Source: an uncultured Chloroflexia bacterium
Lineage (GTDB): Bacteria > Chloroflexota > Limnocylindria > Limnocylindrales > CSP1-4
DNA length: 64,000 nt
NCBI GenBank assembly: GCA_963752475.1
Contig: CAVVYR010000001.1
Coordinates: 197,934 to 261,933 of the forward strand
Direction of reading: 5' to 3'
The notes beneath the pieces were generated by a model that was given only the letters and a program-made list of their open reading frames with translations, was not told the origin of the DNA and did not search any database. Each line of letters starts with the position of its first letter. Position 1 is the stretch's first letter. This document shows, piece after piece, positions 61,449-64,000 of this stretch. The position numbers and the translations under genes are program-made.

Positions 61449-61655
61449 GCTGCGCGCGAGAGCGCCGATATCGGCTCCGAGCTCCGCACGTCCCACCCGG
61501 GGGGCCATTCGACTGCAGAAGGTGCTCTTCCCGGTCGTTCGGCCCGTCTCGTAGGCCGATCGTCGCCTGAGCCTGTCGATTCGAAGTACTCGCCGATCGC
61601 TTGGCCTCCCGTGAGGGACACTAGCTTGCGCAAGACACCAGGGTAGGAGCGCTGT

Positions 61656-63960
61656 ATGACCAGGGAACCCAACGACCGGCGAGGACGCAAGCTGCGCTCA
61701 CAGCTCTGGTTCGACAACCCCGACGACCCGGACATGACCGCGCTCTACATCGAGCGCCAGATGAACTGGGGCCTCGGACGCGAGGAGCTGCAGTCGGGCA
61801 AGCCCATCATCGGCATCGCCCAGTCCGGCTCCGACCTGGCGCCATGCAACCGCGGCCACCTCGAGCTCGCACAGCGCGTCCGCGAGGGCATCCGCGAGGC
61901 CGGGGGCATCGCCTTCGAGTTCCCGGTGCATCCGATCCAGGAGACGCTCAAGCGGCCCACGGCCATGCTCGACCGCAACCTGGCCTACCTCGGGCTCGTC
62001 GAGATGCTCTTCGGCTACCCGCTTGACGGCGTCGTCCTTACGACCGGCTGCGACAAGACCACGCCCTCGCAGCTGATGGCCGCGGCCACGGTCAACATCC
62101 CCGCCATCGCGCTCTCGGCCGGGCCCATGCTCAACGGCTGGTACAAGGGCGAGCGAGTGGGCTCGGGGACCACCAAGTGGCACGCGAGCAAGCTCAAGGC
62201 GGCGGGCAAGATCGATGACGCCGAGTACATCGAGATGGTTGCCGCCACGGCTCCATCGCCCGGCTTCTGCAACACCATGGGCACCGCCACCACTATGAAC
62301 TCGCTGGCCGAGACGCTGGGCATGATGCTGCCCGGCTCGGCCGTGGCCCCGGCGGTGCACAAGGAGCGTGGCCTGTTCGCCTACCTCAGCGGGAAGCGCA
62401 TCGTGGAGATGGTGGAGCTCGACCAGAAGCCCTCGGACATCATGACCCGCGAGGCTTTCGAGAACGTCATCGCCGTCTGTTCGGCCATCGGCGGCTCGAC
62501 GAACGCGCCCATCCACTTCAACGCCATCGCGGCGCACATGGGCGTCGAGCTCGACAACGACGACTGGGAGCGCGTCGGCCACGCCATCCCGCTGCTGGTG
62601 GACCTGCAGCCGGCGGGCCGCTTCCTGGGCGAGGACTTCTACCGAGCCGGCGGCGTCCCGGCCGTCATCGCAGAGCTGCTCCACGCAGGCGCCCTCCCCC
62701 ACCCGGACGCCATGACAGCCAACGGGCACACGATCGCCGAGAACTGCGCCGGCCGCTTCTCCGAGGATCGCGAGGTCATCCGCAGCTTCGGCTCGCCGAT
62801 CCTTCCGGACGCAGGCTTCCTCAACCTCAAGGGCAACCTCTTCGACTCGGCCATCATGAAGACCAGCGTCATCTCGGCCTCGTTCCGCGAGCGCTTCCTT
62901 TCCGACCCCGACGATCCCGATGCCTTCGAGGGCCGCGTGGTCGTCTTCGACGGCCGTGAGGACTACCACGAGCGCATCAACGACCCCTCGCTCCAGATCG
63001 ACGAGCAGACCCTGCTGGTGATGCGGGGTGCGGGGCCGATCGGCTACCCCGGCGCCGCGGAAGTCGTCAACATGCAGCCGCCGGACGCGCTGCTGATCGA
63101 TGGCATCGACGAGCTCCCCTGCATCGGGGACGGGCGGCAGTCCGGCACGTCTGGTTCCCCGTCCATCCTCAACGCCTCGCCAGAGGCGGCCGTGGGCGGC
63201 GGTCTGGCACTGCTTCGTACGGGCGACCGGGTGCGCATCGACCTGCGCCGACGGACGGCGGACGTTCTACTCCCCGATGGTGAGCTGGAGGCGCGACGGG
63301 CCGAGCTCGAGGCGCAGCTGGCCGACGGCCCCCTGCCCTACGTGCCGGCCAGCCAGACGCCCGTGGCAGGAGATCCAGCGTGGGCTGGTGGGCCAGCTCG
63401 CCGAGGGCATGGTGCTCGAGCCGGCCGTCCGCTATCGGGACCATCAACGACCCCTCGCTCCAGATCGACGAGCAGACCCTGCTGGTGATGCGGGGTGCGG
63501 GGCCGGGCGACTCGGCTACCCCGGCGCCGCGGAAGTCGTCGACGTCCAGCCGCCCGGACGCGCTGCTGATCGATGGCATCGACGAGCTCCCCTGCATCGG
63601 GGACGGGCGGCAGTCCGGCACGTCTGGTTCCCCGTCCATCCTCAACGCCTCGCCAGAGGCGGCCGTGGGCGGCGGTCTGGCACTGCTTCGTACGGGCGAC
63701 CGGGTGCGCATCGACCTGCGCCGACGGACGGCGGACGTTCTACTCCCCGATGGTGAGCTGGAGGCGCGACGGGCCGAGCTCGAGGCGCAGACTGACCGAC
63801 GGCCCCCTGCCCTACGTTGCCCAGGCCAGCCAGACCCCGTGGCAGGAGATCCAGCGTGGGCTGGTGGGCCAGCTTCGCCGAGGGCATGGTGCTCGAGCCG
63901 GCCGTCCGCTATCGGGACATCGCGCACGGCCCGAATTCAAGGCCGCGAGACAACCACTAG
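61656..63960 (+). CDS. IlvD/Edd-family sugar-acid dehydratase (D-xylonate/L-arabinonate dehydratase-like); 3' part duplicated and frameshifted
   Basis: [43 protein letters not shown]; natural C-terminus PRDNH* ends at 63960. Confidence 0.88.
62975..63918 (+). repeat. imperfect ~470-bp tandem duplication (62975-63441 and 63442-63918)
   Basis: CATCAACGACCCCTCGCTCCAGATC...CCGCTATCGGGAC occurs twice; copies differ mainly by small indels. Confidence 0.92.
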
Positions 63961-64000
63961 ACGCCCGGAGGCTGCACGATATGACCGAACTGGCCGGCAT

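Overview
High-GC bacterial chromosomal window, probably from a long-read or metagenomic assembly: several otherwise normal genes carry single-base frameshifts and the last ~1 kb is a noisy tandem duplication. Protein style suggests Chloroflexota/Actinomycetota-like origin (inference only). Layout: (1) 0.1-11.4 kb, an uncharacterised acyl-CoA/amino-sugar-type catabolic operon plus an NMT1/TauT-type ABC importer, linked by one 15-bp operator found at both promoters. (2) 12.4-17.6 kb, a decayed integration hotspot with two tyrosine-integrase tails, several gene fragments and an IS3-family element interrupted by an intact IS110 element. The IS110 left-end non-coding region shows a readable bridge RNA: its target-loop guides match the IS3 sequence on both sides of the insertion, its donor-loop guides match the element's own ends, and circularisation would create a TTGACA-N17-CATCGT promoter. 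This reads as an RNA-guided transposon programmed against another transposon and is the most striking feature. (3) 19.5-37.5 kb, a large nucleoside/sugar catabolic locus (YnjB-type ABC, epimerase, dehydrogenases, FGGY kinase, class II aldolase, E1 alpha/beta without E2, nucleoside hydrolase and phosphorylase, atypical LarA). (4) 37.8-57.6 kb, mixed secreted, metabolic and regulatory genes (Tm-1-like/TIM-barrel pair, DICT protein, TetR with twin operators). (5) 57.6-64 kb, polyol/sugar-acid oxidation genes around an RTX-repeat protein. No rRNA, tRNA or CRISPR array was recognised. All family calls come from motif recognition by eye; no database searches were run.
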